Below are positions 50,023-59,992 of a DNA stretch of 64,000 nt, in pieces (position 1 is the first letter of the stretch; each line of letters starts with the position of its first letter). The position numbers were made by a program, and so were the translations under genes. The stretch comes from Alphaproteobacteria bacterium. GTDB taxonomy: Bacteria; Pseudomonadota; Alphaproteobacteria; CALKHQ01. The stretch lies in assembly GCA_965227515.1 (NCBI GenBank), contig CBDDFZ010000001.1, positions 3,968,001 through 4,032,000 of the forward strand, read 5' to 3'. A model generated the notes under the pieces. That model had not been told where the DNA came from. It saw only the letters and a program-made list of their open reading frames with translations, and did not search any database.

Positions 50023-50175
50023 GGTCGTCTCTCCTCGATGTCTTGGAGCGGCAAACCCGACTCCGTGTATGACACCGACATCTTGAGGGACGACCACTCA
50101 TGCACGCCACCAAACAAGGGCCGTTAGCCCATCTACGATGCCCAGCGCTTGTCGCCGCGAAATTCACACTTCTCA

Positions 50176-50442
50176 CCAACACACAATCGTCATCCTCGCC
50201 CTTGTGGCGAGGATCCATTTATGTCCAAAGTATCAATGGTTTAGGGGATTTGCACCGGCCGAGGGCGATCGACTGATTGTCAATGTGCCGCGCAGGCGAT
50301 GCGCACACTAGGCTCGTTTCGAGACCTTGCGCATGAATGGGTCCTCGCCACAAGGGCGAGGACGACAGCTTCTTTTTTGTCTTAGCGCGTAGCCTGGGCG
50401 GAACGAAGTGGAACCCGGGTTTCGCTACGCTCCACCCAGGCT
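50176..50442. repeat. 267-bp composite repeat, copy 2 (intact GTAG-REP doublet ending CCCAGGCTAC)
   Basis: Near-identical to 48439-48705. Confidence 0.9.
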
Positions 50443-50456
50443 ACGGTGCTGGTTTA

Positions 50457-50486
50457 CCCTCTCCCAGCGGTACGCTCGGGAGAGGG
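50457..50486. repeat. CCCTCTCCC...GGGAGAGGG palindrome (REP-like hairpin) just downstream of nrdA
   Basis: 9-bp perfect inverted repeat; may also act as a terminator. Confidence 0.55.
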
Positions 50487-50511
50487 AGAGGAGTTCGTTT
50501 TCGCGGGACGC

Positions 50512-52590
50512 CTACTGGCAGCTCAGGCATTCCTCGTAGTTGCGCGGCTCGACGGGATCGGCCTTTTCCGAGGGCGTGAGCGCGATGGTCTCCGCCCGCT
50601 CGGCGCGCTGCATCGACTTCGAGCGCAGGTAGTAGAGGCTCTTCACGCCCTTCTTCCAGGCCTGGAAGTGCAACTGGTGCAGGTCGCGCTTGTGGATGTC
50701 GGCCGGCAGGAAGATGTTCAGCGACTGCGACTGGCTGATATGCGGCTGGCGGTCGGCGGCATGCTCGATCAGCCACATCTGGTCGAGCTCGAAGGCGGTC
50801 TTGTAGACGTCCTTCTCGTGCTGGGTCAGGAAGTCCAGGTGCTGGACCGAGCCTTCGTTGGTGACGATGGACGACCACACCTCGTCGGTGTTCTGGCCCT
50901 TCTCCTCCAACAGCGCCTCAAGCGTCTTGTTGCGCACGCTGAACGAGCCCGACAGCGTCTTGTGGGTGTAGGCATTGGCCGCGATCGGCTCGATACCCGG
51001 CGAGGTGCCGCCGCAGATGATCGAGATCGAGGCGGTCGGCGCGATCGCCATCTTGTTGGAGAACCGCTCCTTGATGCCGTAGTCGGCGGCATCCGGGCAG
51101 GCGCCGCGCTCGTCCGCCAGCACTTCGGAGGCGGCGTCCACCTTGGTCTGGATGTTCTTGAAGATGCGCTTGTTCCACACCTGCGCCATCACCGATTCCA
51201 TCGGAATGTCGCGAGCCTGCAGGAAGCTGTGGAAGCCCATGACGCCGAGGCCGACCGAGCGCTCGCGCATGGCGGAGTACTTGGCGCGGCTCATGGAGTC
51301 GGCAGGCGCGTTATCGATGAAGTCCTGCAGCACGTTGTCCAGGAAGCGCATGACGTCCTCGACCATCGTCGGATGGTCGTGCCACTCGTCGTAGCGCTCC
51401 AGGTTCAGCGACGACAGGCAGCACACGGCGGTGCGCTGCTGCCCGTCCGGGTCCAGCCCGGTCGGCAGCGTGATCTCGCTGCACAGGTTCGACATTTTCA
51501 CCGGCATGCCGGCCAGCTTGTGATGCTCCGGGATCGCCCGGTTCACCGTGTCGCCGTAGATGATGTACGGCTCGCCGGTTTCGATCCGCGAGGTCAGGAT
51601 GCGGATCCAGATCGAGCGCGCCTTGATGGTGCGGATGATCGTGTTGTCCTTCGGGCTGACCAGCGCCCAGTCCTCGTCGTTCTCCACCGCGCGCATGAAC
51701 TCGTCGGTGATGACGACGCCATTGTGCAGGTTCAGCGCCTTGCGGTTGGGGTCGCCGCCGGTGGGCCGGCGGATTTCGACGAACTCCTCGATCTCGGGAT
51801 GGGAGATCGGCAGGTAGACGGCAGCCGAGCCGCGGCGCAGCGAACCCTGGCTGATCGCCAGCGTCAGCGAATCCATCACCCGGATGAACGGCACCACGCC
51901 GGAGGTCTTGCCGTTGCGGCCGACGGTCTCGCCGATGGAGCGCAGATTGCCCCAGTACGAGCCGATGCCGCCGCCGCGCGCCGCCAGCCAGACGTTCTCG
52001 TTCCACAGGTCGACGATGCCTTCCAGGCTGTCGGACGCCTCGTTCAGGAAGCACGAGATCGGCAGGCCGCGCTTGGTGCCGCCGTTCGACAGCACCGGCG
52101 TCGCCGGCATGAACCAGAGCTTGGAGATGTAGTCGTAGATGCGCTGGGCGTGCGCGCTGTCGTCGGCGAAGTGGGTGGCCACCCGCGCGAACAGGTCCTG
52201 GAAGCTCTCGCCCGGCATCAGGTAGCGGTCCTGCAAGGTCTCCTTGCCGAACACGGTCAGCAGGGCGTCGCGGCTTCGGTCCAGGCGCACACGGATGCCG
52301 CGCTCGTTCTGGAACACGTCCAGCACGGTCTCGTCGGCATGCGGTTCGCTCGCGGGGGTCTGAAAGTCCAGCACCTGACCATTCTCTTTCGACTGCGGGC
52401 CAGCGTCGACATCTGATTTGGCGACACCCGATTTGGCGGCCCTAGCTTCGCCATTCTTCAGCGACGCCCGTTCGCCCCCCGAACGGTACGGCACAGCACC
52501 ATTCTTCGCCACCTCGCCGTTTACACCCGGCGCCGCACCGGCTTCGTCACCGGATGCACGCGAATGCTGAACCGCAACCGCACCGTCCAT
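50512..52590 (-). CDS. nrdA: Class Ia ribonucleotide reductase alpha subunit
   Basis: ATPVLSN, PISCFL, SNLCSEI, APTAS, KSLYYLR, C-terminal CLSC. Start at ATG 52590 (GGAG RBS) preferred over TTG 52623. Confidence 0.95.
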   Translation of the reverse strand: MDGAVAVQHSRASGDEAGAAPGVNGEVAKNGAVPYRSGGERASLKNGEARAAKSGVAKSDVDAGPQSKENGQVLDFQTPASEPHADETVLDVFQNERGIRVRLDRSRDALLTVFGKETLQDRYLMPGESFQDLFARVATHFADDSAHAQRIYDYISKLWFMPATPVLSNGGTKRGLPISCFLNEASDSLEGIVDLWNENVWLAARGGGIGSYWGNLRSIGETVGRNGKTSGVVPFIRVMDSLTLAISQGSLRRGSAAVYLPISHPEIEEFVEIRRPTGGDPNRKALNLHNGVVITDEFMRAVENDEDWALVSPKDNTIIRTIKARSIWIRILTSRIETGEPYIIYGDTVNRAIPEHHKLAGMPVKMSNLCSEITLPTGLDPDGQQRTAVCCLSSLNLERYDEWHDHPTMVEDVMRFLDNVLQDFIDNAPADSMSRAKYSAMRERSVGLGVMGFHSFLQARDIPMESVMAQVWNKRIFKNIQTKVDAASEVLADERGACPDAADYGIKERFSNKMAIAPTASISIICGGTSPGIEPIAANAYTHKTLSGSFSVRNKTLEALLEEKGQNTDEVWSSIVTNEGSVQHLDFLTQHEKDVYKTAFELDQMWLIEHAADRQPHISQSQSLNIFLPADIHKRDLHQLHFQAWKKGVKSLYYLRSKSMQRAERAETIALTPSEKADPVEPRNYEECLSCQ

Positions 52591-52617
52591 ATCGATCTCC
52601 AGCCCCTGTCCCGAGGA

Positions 52618-52664
52618 CATCAAGATGTAGCGTCAAGAGACCAGAACGATACCAAATGTGGCGA
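52618..52664. promoter_or_regulatory. Tandem NrdR boxes upstream of nrdA
   Basis: Cores CAAGATGTAG (52621-30) and CCAAATGTGG (52652-61) match CwAtATaTwG and lie 31 bp apart. Confidence 0.75.
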
Positions 52665-53111
52665 ATATGTGAAAAGCGCTGAAAGGTTAACGCGGCGAAT
52701 TTTTCTCCATCCAGTTCATGAGGCATTTCCGGTAATACACTGAAATAAATGGAGAATTCGACTTGGACATTTCTCCACGATCAGCCGATTTGTGGCGTCG
52801 CGGCAACACCGCAAGCCCTTGAACACCCTCCCAACGCCCTTCCGGATAGTCTACATATCGGTCCACGAGTGTAAACAAATATCGAACATATCCATATGTC
52901 GTGGTCGGGCCGCCAGACGGCGCGATGGCCCATCTTCGGTGCGCGGGTCGCCGCGAAGCCCGGAATTCCCCCACCGACTCCAGCGCGGCGCGAGTCGTCC
53001 CGCACAGACTCGATATTGGGCTCGATATAGGGCGATTCTCGCCCCGGAGTCGGCGCCGCGAAACCGCCCGATATTGACGGCTTGCCTGGCACCACCTAGA
53101 TCATGGCGGCC

Positions 53112-53669
53112 ATGGCAAAGCTTCCGATCATCTCCGCCCCCGACCCCCGTCTCAAAGGCGTTGCGACCCCCGTCGACACGGTGGACGACGACGTGCGCCA
53201 ACTGATGGACGACATGCTGGAGACCATGTACGCCGCCCCCGGCATCGGGCTCGCCGCGCCGCAGGTCGGCGTGTCGAAGCGCATCATCGTCGTCGACATC
53301 ACCGACCCGGCGGACGGCCCGAAGAACCCGGCGCTGCAGATGGTGAACCCGGAAGTCGTGACCGCGTCCGACGACACCAACGACCATGAGGAAGGCTGCC
53401 TGTCGCTGCCGAACCAGTTCGGCACCGTCACCCGGCCGGCCGCGGTCACCGTGCGCTACATCGACCGCGACGGCGAGGAGCGGACCATCGAGGCCGACGG
53501 CATGCTGGCGACGTGCATCCAGCACGAGATCGACCACCTGGATGGCCTGTTGTTCGTCGACCATATGTCGTCGCTGAAGCGCGGCATGATCCTGCGCAAG
53601 CTGACCAAGATGAAGCGGACAGGCGACCTGCCTGATTACGCCGAAGAACAGCACTCGCGCGTCGCCTGA
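53112..53669 (+). CDS. def: Peptide deformylase
   Basis: GIGLAAPQ, EGCLS, QHEIDHL. Confidence 0.97.
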   Translation: MAKLPIISAPDPRLKGVATPVDTVDDDVRQLMDDMLETMYAAPGIGLAAPQVGVSKRIIVVDITDPADGPKNPALQMVNPEVVTASDDTNDHEEGCLSLPNQFGTVTRPAAVTVRYIDRDGEERTIEADGMLATCIQHEIDHLDGLLFVDHMSSLKRGMILRKLTKMKRTGDLPDYAEEQHSRVA

Positions 53670-53693
53670 CCGGCGCCCGCCAGGCTGATCCCC

Positions 53694-54674
53694 ATGAGCG
53701 CCCCCGCACCGGAACGCGTGCCGCCCGAAGCCCGCGACCGCACGCTGCGGATCGTCTTCATGGGCACGCCCGACTTCGCCGCGGTGTCGCTGCAGCGGTT
53801 GCTTGACGCCGGCCACCAGATCGCCTGCGTCTACACCCAGCCGCCGCGCGCCGCCGGCCGCGGACAAAAGCCCCGCCCATCGCCGGTGCAGCGGGTGGCG
53901 GAGTCGGCCGGGCTGACTGTGCGCACGCCGACCTCCCTGAAGGGCGAGGAGGAGCGCGCCGCGCTCGCTGCCTTCGAGGCCGATCTTGCCGTGGTCGCGG
54001 CCTATGGCCTGCTGCTGCCGCAATCGATCCTGGACGTGCCGGCGCTCGGCTGCGTCAACGTGCATGCGTCCCTGCTGCCACGCTGGCGGGGTGCCGCGCC
54101 GATCCAGCGCGCCATCGAGGCCGGCGACTCCAAGACCGGCGTCACCATCATGCAAATGGATGCCGGCCTGGACACCGGGCCGATGCTGCTGGCCGTCGAG
54201 ATGCCGATGCCCGAGCGGGTGACCGGCGGCGAGCTGCACGACCTGCTGGCCGACATCGGCGCCGAGGCCCTGCTCGCCGCCATCGACGACCTTGCCGCCG
54301 GCACCGCGACACCGGTGCCGCAGCCCGCCGAGGGCGCCACCTACGCGGCCAAGCTGGACAAGGCGGAGGCGGCCATCGACTGGCAGCGCCCCGCCGCCGA
54401 ACTCGACCGGCGCATCCGCGCCTTCACGCCCTGGCCCGGCGCGCATTGCACCCTGGATGGCGTCCGGCTGAAGGTGCTGGCCGCATCGCCCGCCGCAGAC
54501 ACGGCAGCGGCAGAAAGCGCCGCGCCCGGCACAGTCGTCGCCGTGCCGTGCGTGGTCGCCACCGGGGCCGGCGCGTTGGCGTTGGAGCGTGTACAGGCCG
54601 CCGGCAAGGCGGCGCTGGCCATCGAGGACTTCGTGCGCGGCCGCCCGATCCCCATCGGAACATGCTTGAAGTAG
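53694..54674 (+). CDS. fmt: Methionyl-tRNA formyltransferase
   Basis: IVFMGTPDFA, NVHASLLPRWRGAAPI, MDAGLDTG. Confidence 0.97.
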   Translation: MSAPAPERVPPEARDRTLRIVFMGTPDFAAVSLQRLLDAGHQIACVYTQPPRAAGRGQKPRPSPVQRVAESAGLTVRTPTSLKGEEERAALAAFEADLAVVAAYGLLLPQSILDVPALGCVNVHASLLPRWRGAAPIQRAIEAGDSKTGVTIMQMDAGLDTGPMLLAVEMPMPERVTGGELHDLLADIGAEALLAAIDDLAAGTATPVPQPAEGATYAAKLDKAEAAIDWQRPAAELDRRIRAFTPWPGAHCTLDGVRLKVLAASPAADTAAAESAAPGTVVAVPCVVATGAGALALERVQAAGKAALAIEDFVRGRPIPIGTCLK

Positions 54675-54700
54675 GCGGCAGACAGCTTTAGGCCCGGCCC

Positions 54701-55444
54701 ATGCGCCGACTGAAACTCACCATAGAATATGACGGCACCGGCCTGGTCGGCTGGCAACGCCAGGACAACGGGCCCTCGGTCCAGGCAGCCCTGGAGGCCG
54801 CCATCCACGCCTACAGCGGCGAGACCGTGCTGGTGCAGGGTGCGGGCCGCACCGATGCCGGCGTCCATGCGCTGGGCCAGGTCGCCCATATCGACCTCGC
54901 CCGCCCCGATCCGCCCGACAAGGTGCGCGCCGCCGTCAACGCCCACCTGGCCGGCAGCGCCATCGCGGTGCTGGAGGTGGCCGAGGCGGCAGACGACTTC
55001 AATGCGCGCTTCGATGCCACCGGCCGCCGCTATCTCTATCGCATCCTCAACCGCCGCCCGCCGCCGACCCTGGACCGCGACCGGGTCTGGCACGTCAGCC
55101 GCCCGCTTGACGCCGCCGCCATGCACGAGGCGGCTCAGCACCTGGTCGGCCACCACGACTTCACCAGCTTCCGTGCCGCCGAGTGCCAGGCCAAGTCGCC
55201 GGTGAAGACGCTCGACCGACTGTCCGTGACCCGGCGCGGTACGGAAATCGAGGTGGAGGCGGCGGCACGCTCGTTCCTGCACCATCAGGTCCGCAACATC
55301 GTCGGCACCCTGAAGCGGGTCGGCGAAGGCGCGTGGCCGCCGGACAAGCTGGCCGCGATCCTGGACGCACGCGACCGGGCCGCCGCCGGGCCGACCGCGC
55401 CGGCCTGCGGGCTCTATCTGGTCGAGGTGCGCTACGACGGCTGA
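54701..55444 (+). CDS. truA: tRNA pseudouridine(38-40) synthase
   Basis: [30 protein letters not shown]. Confidence 0.97.
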   Translation: MRRLKLTIEYDGTGLVGWQRQDNGPSVQAALEAAIHAYSGETVLVQGAGRTDAGVHALGQVAHIDLARPDPPDKVRAAVNAHLAGSAIAVLEVAEAADDFNARFDATGRRYLYRILNRRPPPTLDRDRVWHVSRPLDAAAMHEAAQHLVGHHDFTSFRAAECQAKSPVKTLDRLSVTRRGTEIEVEAAARSFLHHQVRNIVGTLKRVGEGAWPPDKLAAILDARDRAAAGPTAPACGLYLVEVRYDG

Positions 55445-55672
55445 AAATACCGCCCAGGAATCGCCCACAAGTCGCCTGCAAATCGGCGGCACGCCGGCGC
55501 GTCATTGCCGCACCTGCTCCCCACCTGACCCATCACACTGGCCCGCGCCTTGTTGCGGCCCTATCATGGCCACGCATACAGGCATCGCGCAGGGCGACAG
55601 ACCGATGTCGCCTTGACGGTAGCCCTGTGGCATGTTGGGTTGCCGACTCGCGCGAATTTGCAGATCAAGCTT

Positions 55673-56911
55673 ATGACTGACGAAAGACTGGCGCAGGACA
55701 GCCGGAATAGTGCCGGCATGTCGACCTTGCTCATCACCTCGCTGCTGATCGCGGCTGTGTCGGTGACGATGCTGGCGACCGAACTGACGATTCCGTCCAA
55801 CCCGTCGCTGCCTGAATTCTTCGGAGTCTCCGAGGCCGCCATCATGGTCAGCATGGTGCTGAACCTGCTTGGCTATGCCGTGGCACCCCCGATCCTGGGC
55901 TCGCTGTCGGACCGGTTCGGCCGGCGGCCGATCCTGCTCATCTGCCTGTTCGTGTTCGCCGCCGCCAGTGCGCTGGCCGCGATCGCCTGGACGGTGGAGA
56001 TCTTCATCGTGGCGCGCATGCTGCAGGGCCTTGCCGGCGCGGCGGCTCCGGTCATCGGCATGGCCGTGGTGCGCGACCTGTTCGACGAGAAGAACAGTGT
56101 GCGCGTGATCGCGGTGGTCTCGATGTCGATCGCGCTGGTGCCCGCACTTGGCCCGGCCATCGGCGGCTACATCCACAATCTGGCGGGCTGGCAGGCCAAC
56201 TATGCAGCTCTGGCGGTGGCCGGCCTTGTTGTCGTGATGCTGCTGGCGTGGCGCCTGCGCGAGACCATCGACCACTACGACCACAAGGCGCTGACCCTGA
56301 AGCGGTTCTCCGCCAAGTACGGCCAGTTGCTGCGCCATCGCGACTATATCTGCTACGCGCTGCTGCCGACCTGCGGGTTCGCCGGCATGTCCGCCTTCGT
56401 CGCCGGCGGGCCGTTCTATCTGATCGACGTCATCGGCATGACCGAGGTCGAGTACGGCCTGATCCAGGCCGCCCTGGTGGTTTGCTACGTGATCGGCGCG
56501 CTGACCGCCAAGGTCGGGATCGAGCGGATCGGGTTCGAGCGCACCCACCTGATCGGCATCTTCCTGTTCGCGCTGGGCGGTATAGGCGAGTTGCTGCTGA
56601 TGACCCAGACGGCGCCGTCGGCCCTGATGTTCACCATCCCGATGGCGATCTTCATCTGCGGCATGGGCGTGATCTTCGCGACCGCGCCGGCACGTGCGCT
56701 GACGCTGATTCCCGGCCTCACCGGCACCGCATCGGCGATGCTGACGACCCTGGAGATGCTGGGCGGTGCCACCGCCGTGGTCGCCGTCAGCTACCTCTAC
56801 GACGGGACGGCAGGCGCCATTTCGGTGGTCATCGCGATCAGCGCGCTGGCGGCGGTGGGCGTGCAGGCGCTGCTCAGCTACGGCGCCGCGACCCGCGGCG
56901 GCTCGGCGTAG
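55673..56911 (+). CDS. MFS drug:H+ antiporter (Bcr/CflA-like)
   Basis: GSLSDRFGRRPIL motif A, ARMLQG, GPAIGG; ~12 TM helices. Confidence 0.85.
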   Translation: MTDERLAQDSRNSAGMSTLLITSLLIAAVSVTMLATELTIPSNPSLPEFFGVSEAAIMVSMVLNLLGYAVAPPILGSLSDRFGRRPILLICLFVFAAASALAAIAWTVEIFIVARMLQGLAGAAAPVIGMAVVRDLFDEKNSVRVIAVVSMSIALVPALGPAIGGYIHNLAGWQANYAALAVAGLVVVMLLAWRLRETIDHYDHKALTLKRFSAKYGQLLRHRDYICYALLPTCGFAGMSAFVAGGPFYLIDVIGMTEVEYGLIQAALVVCYVIGALTAKVGIERIGFERTHLIGIFLFALGGIGELLLMTQTAPSALMFTIPMAIFICGMGVIFATAPARALTLIPGLTGTASAMLTTLEMLGGATAVVAVSYLYDGTAGAISVVIAISALAAVGVQALLSYGAATRGGSA

Positions 56912-56990
56912 ATTACCCGACCCAGGTAGTCCAGCGGCATGCGCACATCCGGCAACGGTGTCGCTCGATCCCCGCAACAAGAAAAGATAT

Positions 56991-57222
56991 GTCGTCCTCG
57001 CCCTTGTGGCGAGGACCCATGGACATGCAGGGATCGAGCCGCCCCTGATGTGTAACATCCTGCCGGTGCATCGTACGGCGATTGACTGCCACTGACACCG
57101 CGCCTTCACCGCAAGTATTTGAAATTCGGGACATAAATGGATCCTCGGGACAAGCCCGAGGATGACAATAGTGTGCTATTGAGGAGCGCAACCCGGGTTC
57201 TGCTGCGCGCCACCCGGGCTAC
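56991..57222. repeat. Third, inverted and diverged REPIN-like element plus a GTAG-REP
   Basis: GTCGTCCTCGCCCTTGTGGCGAGGACCCAT (56991-57020) ... GGATCCTCGGGACAAGCCCGAGGATGAC (to 57166); REP CCCGGG...CCCGGGCTAC at 57192-57222. Confidence 0.85.
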
Positions 57223-57249
57223 AAGTTTCCGATCCTGATCTAAATCGCC

Positions 57250-57819
57250 CTATGCCACCATCAGCGCGACCGCGGTATCGAGCACCACCTTCAGCAGGAA
57301 GGCGATGCCGACCGGCGCGAACGCCGCCAGCCGCGACAGCTCCAGCGCGACCCGGCTGACGTACCAGACCATCGCGATGGTGGCGATCGTCACCACCAGC
57401 GACAGCGTCTCCACCATCACCCCGGGCAGGATGCCAAGACCGTCGATCAGCCCGATTGCCAGCACCAGGCCGGCAATCGGCACGTCGGTCCAGTTCAGCG
57501 CCACGGCGCCGCGAAAGAACAGCCGCGACCGCCCGACGACCTGGCAGTAGTGGTAGAGGATGAGTTGGAAGGCCAGCCAGTGCACCGCGAAGGCGATCAC
57601 CTCGACCAGGACGATCCGCTCCGACGAGGCGCTGACCGCGACCTGCTCGTAGGCCTGGATCGTGAAATAGGCATAGACCGGCGCCACGATCAGTGCTGCC
57701 GCCAGCGAATTCCAGAAGCCCTGCAGCGTCGCGTTGAAGTGGTGCACGGCGCGCGCGTCGCCGGTGACAAGCCGCACCGCCGCGCGAACCGAGATCGAGA
57801 TTTCCTGGCCGGAGACCAA
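57250..57819 (-). CDS. Hypothetical inner-membrane protein
   Basis: About five hydrophobic segments; GFWNSL, ALNW; follows dapE in the same orientation. Confidence 0.7.
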   Translation of the reverse strand: MVSGQEISISVRAAVRLVTGDARAVHHFNATLQGFWNSLAAALIVAPVYAYFTIQAYEQVAVSASSERIVLVEVIAFAVHWLAFQLILYHYCQVVGRSRLFFRGAVALNWTDVPIAGLVLAIGLIDGLGILPGVMVETLSLVVTIATIAMVWYVSRVALELSRLAAFAPVGIAFLLKVVLDTAVALMVA

Positions 57820-57822
57820 GGC

Positions 57823-59001
57823 TCAGCCCTCGAAGTAGCGTTCGAGGACGCGTTGATAGATCGCGGTCAGCGTCTCGATGTCAGCGACCGCGACCCGCTC
57901 GTCGACCTTGTGCATGGTCTGGCCGACCAGGCCGAATTCCAGCACCGGGCAATAGTCCTTGATGAACCGTGCGTCGGAGGTGCCGCCGGTGGTGCTCAGC
58001 TCGGGCTGACGGCCGCTGACGGCGGCCACCGCGTCGCTGACGATCTCGCTCAGCCGGCCGGGCGGGGTCAGGAAGGATTCGCCGCTGATCCTGATGTCGA
58101 GTTCGACGGCAACGTCGGGTGCGGCGGCGTGGGCCGTCTCGCGCAGCCAGTCCGACAGGCTGGCACCGCTATGCAGGTCGTTGAAGCGGATGTTCAGCCG
58201 CGCGGTCGCCGTCGCCGGTATCACGTTGGTGGCCGGGTTGCCGACATCGACGGTGGTGAATTGCAGCGTCGACGGCTGGAAATGCTCCGACCCCTCGTCC
58301 AGCGGCTCGGCGGTCATCGCCGCCATGATGGCCACCAAATGGTGGATCGGGTTGTCGGCCAGATGCGGATAGGCGGAGTGGCCCTGCACGCCTCGCACGG
58401 TGATGGTGCAGTTCATGCTGCCGCGCCGGCCGATCTTGATCATGTCGCCCAGCGCTTCTGGGTTGGTCGGCTCGCCGACAACGCAGGCGTCGATTGTCTC
58501 GCCCTGCTCGGCCAGCCAGTCGAGCACGCGGGTGGTGCCGTTGACCGCCGGCCCCTCCTCGTCGCCGGTGATCAGCAGGCTGATGCTGCCCGGCACGGTG
58601 CCGCCATGGCGCTCCAGGTAGCGCGCCACCGCCGAGACGAAACAGGCAATGGAGCCCTTCATGTCGGCCGCACCGCGCCCGTGCAGCCAGCCCTCGTCCA
58701 CCGCCGCGTCGAACGGCGCATGCCCCCAGGCATCCTCGGCCCCGGTCGGCACCACGTCGGTGTGGCCGGCAAAGCAGAAATTGGGCGCGGCCGTGCCACG
58801 CCGGGCATAGAGGTTGTCGACCCGCTCCGTCCCCTCGGCCTGGAACGGCAGCCGGTGGCAGACGAAGCCAAGCCCCTCAAGCGCGGCCTGCAGCACGTCC
58901 AGCGCACCGGCATCGGCCGGCGTCACGCTGGGACAGCGGATCAGGTTCCGGGCCAATTCGACCGGATCGACCACCGGCATCGCGCGGCCGTCCGGTGCCA
59001 T
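57823..59001 (-). CDS. dapE: Succinyl-diaminopimelate desuccinylase
   Basis: [48 protein letters not shown]. Start at 59001 or 58980. Confidence 0.95.
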   Translation of the reverse strand: MAPDGRAMPVVDPVELARNLIRCPSVTPADAGALDVLQAALEGLGFVCHRLPFQAEGTERVDNLYARRGTAAPNFCFAGHTDVVPTGAEDAWGHAPFDAAVDEGWLHGRGAADMKGSIACFVSAVARYLERHGGTVPGSISLLITGDEEGPAVNGTTRVLDWLAEQGETIDACVVGEPTNPEALGDMIKIGRRGSMNCTITVRGVQGHSAYPHLADNPIHHLVAIMAAMTAEPLDEGSEHFQPSTLQFTTVDVGNPATNVIPATATARLNIRFNDLHSGASLSDWLRETAHAAAPDVAVELDIRISGESFLTPPGRLSEIVSDAVAAVSGRQPELSTTGGTSDARFIKDYCPVLEFGLVGQTMHKVDERVAVADIETLTAIYQRVLERYFEG

Positions 59002-59006
59002 GGCGG

Positions 59007-59846
59007 TCAGTCCCGCAACAGTTCGTTGATGGAGGTCTTGGCGCGGGTGCCGGCATCGACCCGCTTGACGATGACCGCGCAATAGAGGCCCGGACCCGGC
59101 GAGCCGTCCGGCAGCGCCTTGCCGGGCATCGAGCCTGGCACGACAACGGCATAGGGCGGCACCTTGCCGCGAAACACCTCGCCGGTCGCGCGGTCGACGA
59201 TCTTGGTCGACGCGCCGATATAGACGCCCATCGAGAGCACCGCACCGCGGCCGACGATAACGCCCTCGGCCACCTCGGAGCGCGCGCCGACAAAGCAGTC
59301 GTCCTCGATGATCACCGGACTGGCCTGCAGCGGCTCCAGCACTCCGCCGATGCCGGCCCCGCCCGATATGTGGCAGTTCTTGCCAACCTGGGCGCAGCTT
59401 CCCACCGTCGCCCAGGTGTCGATCATCGTGCCCTCGTCGACATAGGCGCCCAGATTGACGAAGCTCGGCATCAGGATGACGCCGCGGCCGATGAAGGCGG
59501 AATGGCGCACCACGCAGTGCGGCACGGCGCGGAACCCGGCCTCGCGGAACCGGTTCTCGCCCCAGCCCGCGAATTTGGAGGGTACCTTGTCCCACCAGTT
59601 CGTGCTCTCGCCGGGTCCGCCCGGTATGGGCGTCATGTCGTTCAGGCGGAACGACAACAGCACCGCCTTCTTCAGCCACTCGTTGACTGTCCAGCCGTCG
59701 CCGTCCGGCTCCGCCACGCGGGCCTTGCCGGTGTCCAGCAGGTCGAGGGCGGTTTCGACGGCGTCGCGAATCTCGCCGGAGGTGGTGGTTGAGACGGTGT
59801 CGCGTGTGTCCCACGCCGCCTCGATCGTCGATTGTAGGTTGTCCAT
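59007..59846 (-). CDS. dapD: Tetrahydrodipicolinate N-succinyltransferase
   Basis: [49 protein letters not shown]. Confidence 0.97.
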   Translation of the reverse strand: MDNLQSTIEAAWDTRDTVSTTTSGEIRDAVETALDLLDTGKARVAEPDGDGWTVNEWLKKAVLLSFRLNDMTPIPGGPGESTNWWDKVPSKFAGWGENRFREAGFRAVPHCVVRHSAFIGRGVILMPSFVNLGAYVDEGTMIDTWATVGSCAQVGKNCHISGGAGIGGVLEPLQASPVIIEDDCFVGARSEVAEGVIVGRGAVLSMGVYIGASTKIVDRATGEVFRGKVPPYAVVVPGSMPGKALPDGSPGPGLYCAVIVKRVDAGTRAKTSINELLRD

Positions 59847-59992
59847 TCTCACGTCGCTGCTGGAAGGTGTGGCGGCCATCGACGGCCGCATCGGTCAAGC
59901 CCGCGGAACATGGCCGCGCGCCTACCGGAAGTCAAACCCGCCCAACGCCATGTGACAATGGGGGCGCGGCACACGTGCCGGACGAACCGGGT

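Larger units (their letters stand above)
48706..50134 (-). mobile_element. IS110-family (IS1111-type) insertion sequence, ~1.43 kb
   Basis: Sub-terminal imperfect inverted repeats (TAACGGGCC at 48710; GGGCCGTTA ending 50126). A CT core flanks both ends (48704-5, 50133-4), and excision restores the REP end CCCAGGCTACG. Long 3' non-coding end. Confidence 0.85.

Noticed and set aside
48439-50442. 267-bp direct repeats flanking the transposase read as LTRs, a target-site duplication or composite-transposon ends
   Set aside because: The IS ends map inside them (CT core, sub-terminal inverted repeats), a 41-bp non-IS spacer precedes copy 2, and the copies differ at 9 positions. They are pre-existing REP arrays.
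48433-50579. Short ORFs in the repeat region (MGPRHKGEDD..., MDPRHKGEDD...) and a possible CRISPR array
   Set aside because: The ORFs are translations of palindromic arms. There is no regular repeat-spacer periodicity and no cas gene.
57823-59898. Apparent 691-aa DapE with a long N-terminal extension
   Set aside because: The extension is an alternative frame over dapD; DapE homology begins near 59001.
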